A stretch of 48,902 bases of DNA from Azolla caroliniana. Its lineage: Eukaryota > Plantae > Polypodiophyta. The translations under genes and the position numbers were made by a program. The stretch spans positions 1 to 48,902 of the forward strand of contig JBHGNT010000225.1 of the NCBI GenBank assembly GCA_043228905.1. Reading direction: 5' to 3'. How positions within the stretch are numbered: position 1 is the first letter of the stretch; each line of letters begins with the position of its first letter. Under the pieces are notes generated by a model. That model saw only the letters and a list, made by a program, of their open reading frames with translations. It did no database searches and was not told the DNA's origin. Of the stretch, positions 48,686 to 48,902 are shown in pieces.

Positions 48686-48902
48686 TGTAGAGAAATAGCG
48701 TGGAATATTACTCGGCCACAACCGAGTCTTGAATCACTTCTATGAGAATGAAACACAAAAATGGAAATGGAGAGTACACAAAGAAAATACACAGGATGTT
48801 TACGTGGAAAACCCAAATAGGGGAAAACCACGGCAGCCCACAGACTCCCAATATCATTATGGGAGAAATGTACAATCAGAGTGGATGGCGCTTTGACTAT
48901 CA
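48686..48902 (-). mobile_element. End of an LTR related to 20523-21159, apparently inserted in the copia 5' UTR; runs out of the window
   Basis: CTCGGCCACAACCGAG, TACGTGGAAAACCC and AACCACGGCAGCCCACA are shared with about 20556-20686; TG terminus at 48686. Confidence 0.65.

Overview
Eukaryotic land-plant DNA, probably a non-seed plant (inferred from a Tcn1-like chromovirus, Sola-type transposons and GT-AG introns). It is a dense nest of transposable elements around one host gene, an atypical LRR-III-like receptor kinase with a 10-kb intron. Retroelements: a chromodomain Ty3/gypsy remnant, two Ty1/copia copies, a Ty3/gypsy with both LTRs and a tRNA-Trp PBS, several solo LTRs and LINE fragments. 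There is also a hAT MITE. The main result is two large Sola-like DDD DNA transposons with intron-containing cargo genes. (1) A complete 7.7-kb element (30869-38546; 37-bp TIRs, 4-bp TSD) carries, head-to-head with its transposase, a 6-exon gene of about 968 aa. That gene fuses a ParB/Srx-like domain to a bacterial-type beta-class N6-adenine/N4-cytosine DNA methyltransferase (DIPY...QKP...LDLFSGTG), and its first intron holds palindromic repeats. (2) A Sola2-like element (<1-9717) carries a RING-H2 gene and an FCP1/SCP-like pseudo-phosphatase, and two of its introns are filled with arrays of the 14-bp palindrome also found near its end. Both copies have a few disabling mutations. All domain calls come from motif recognition by eye, not from database searches.
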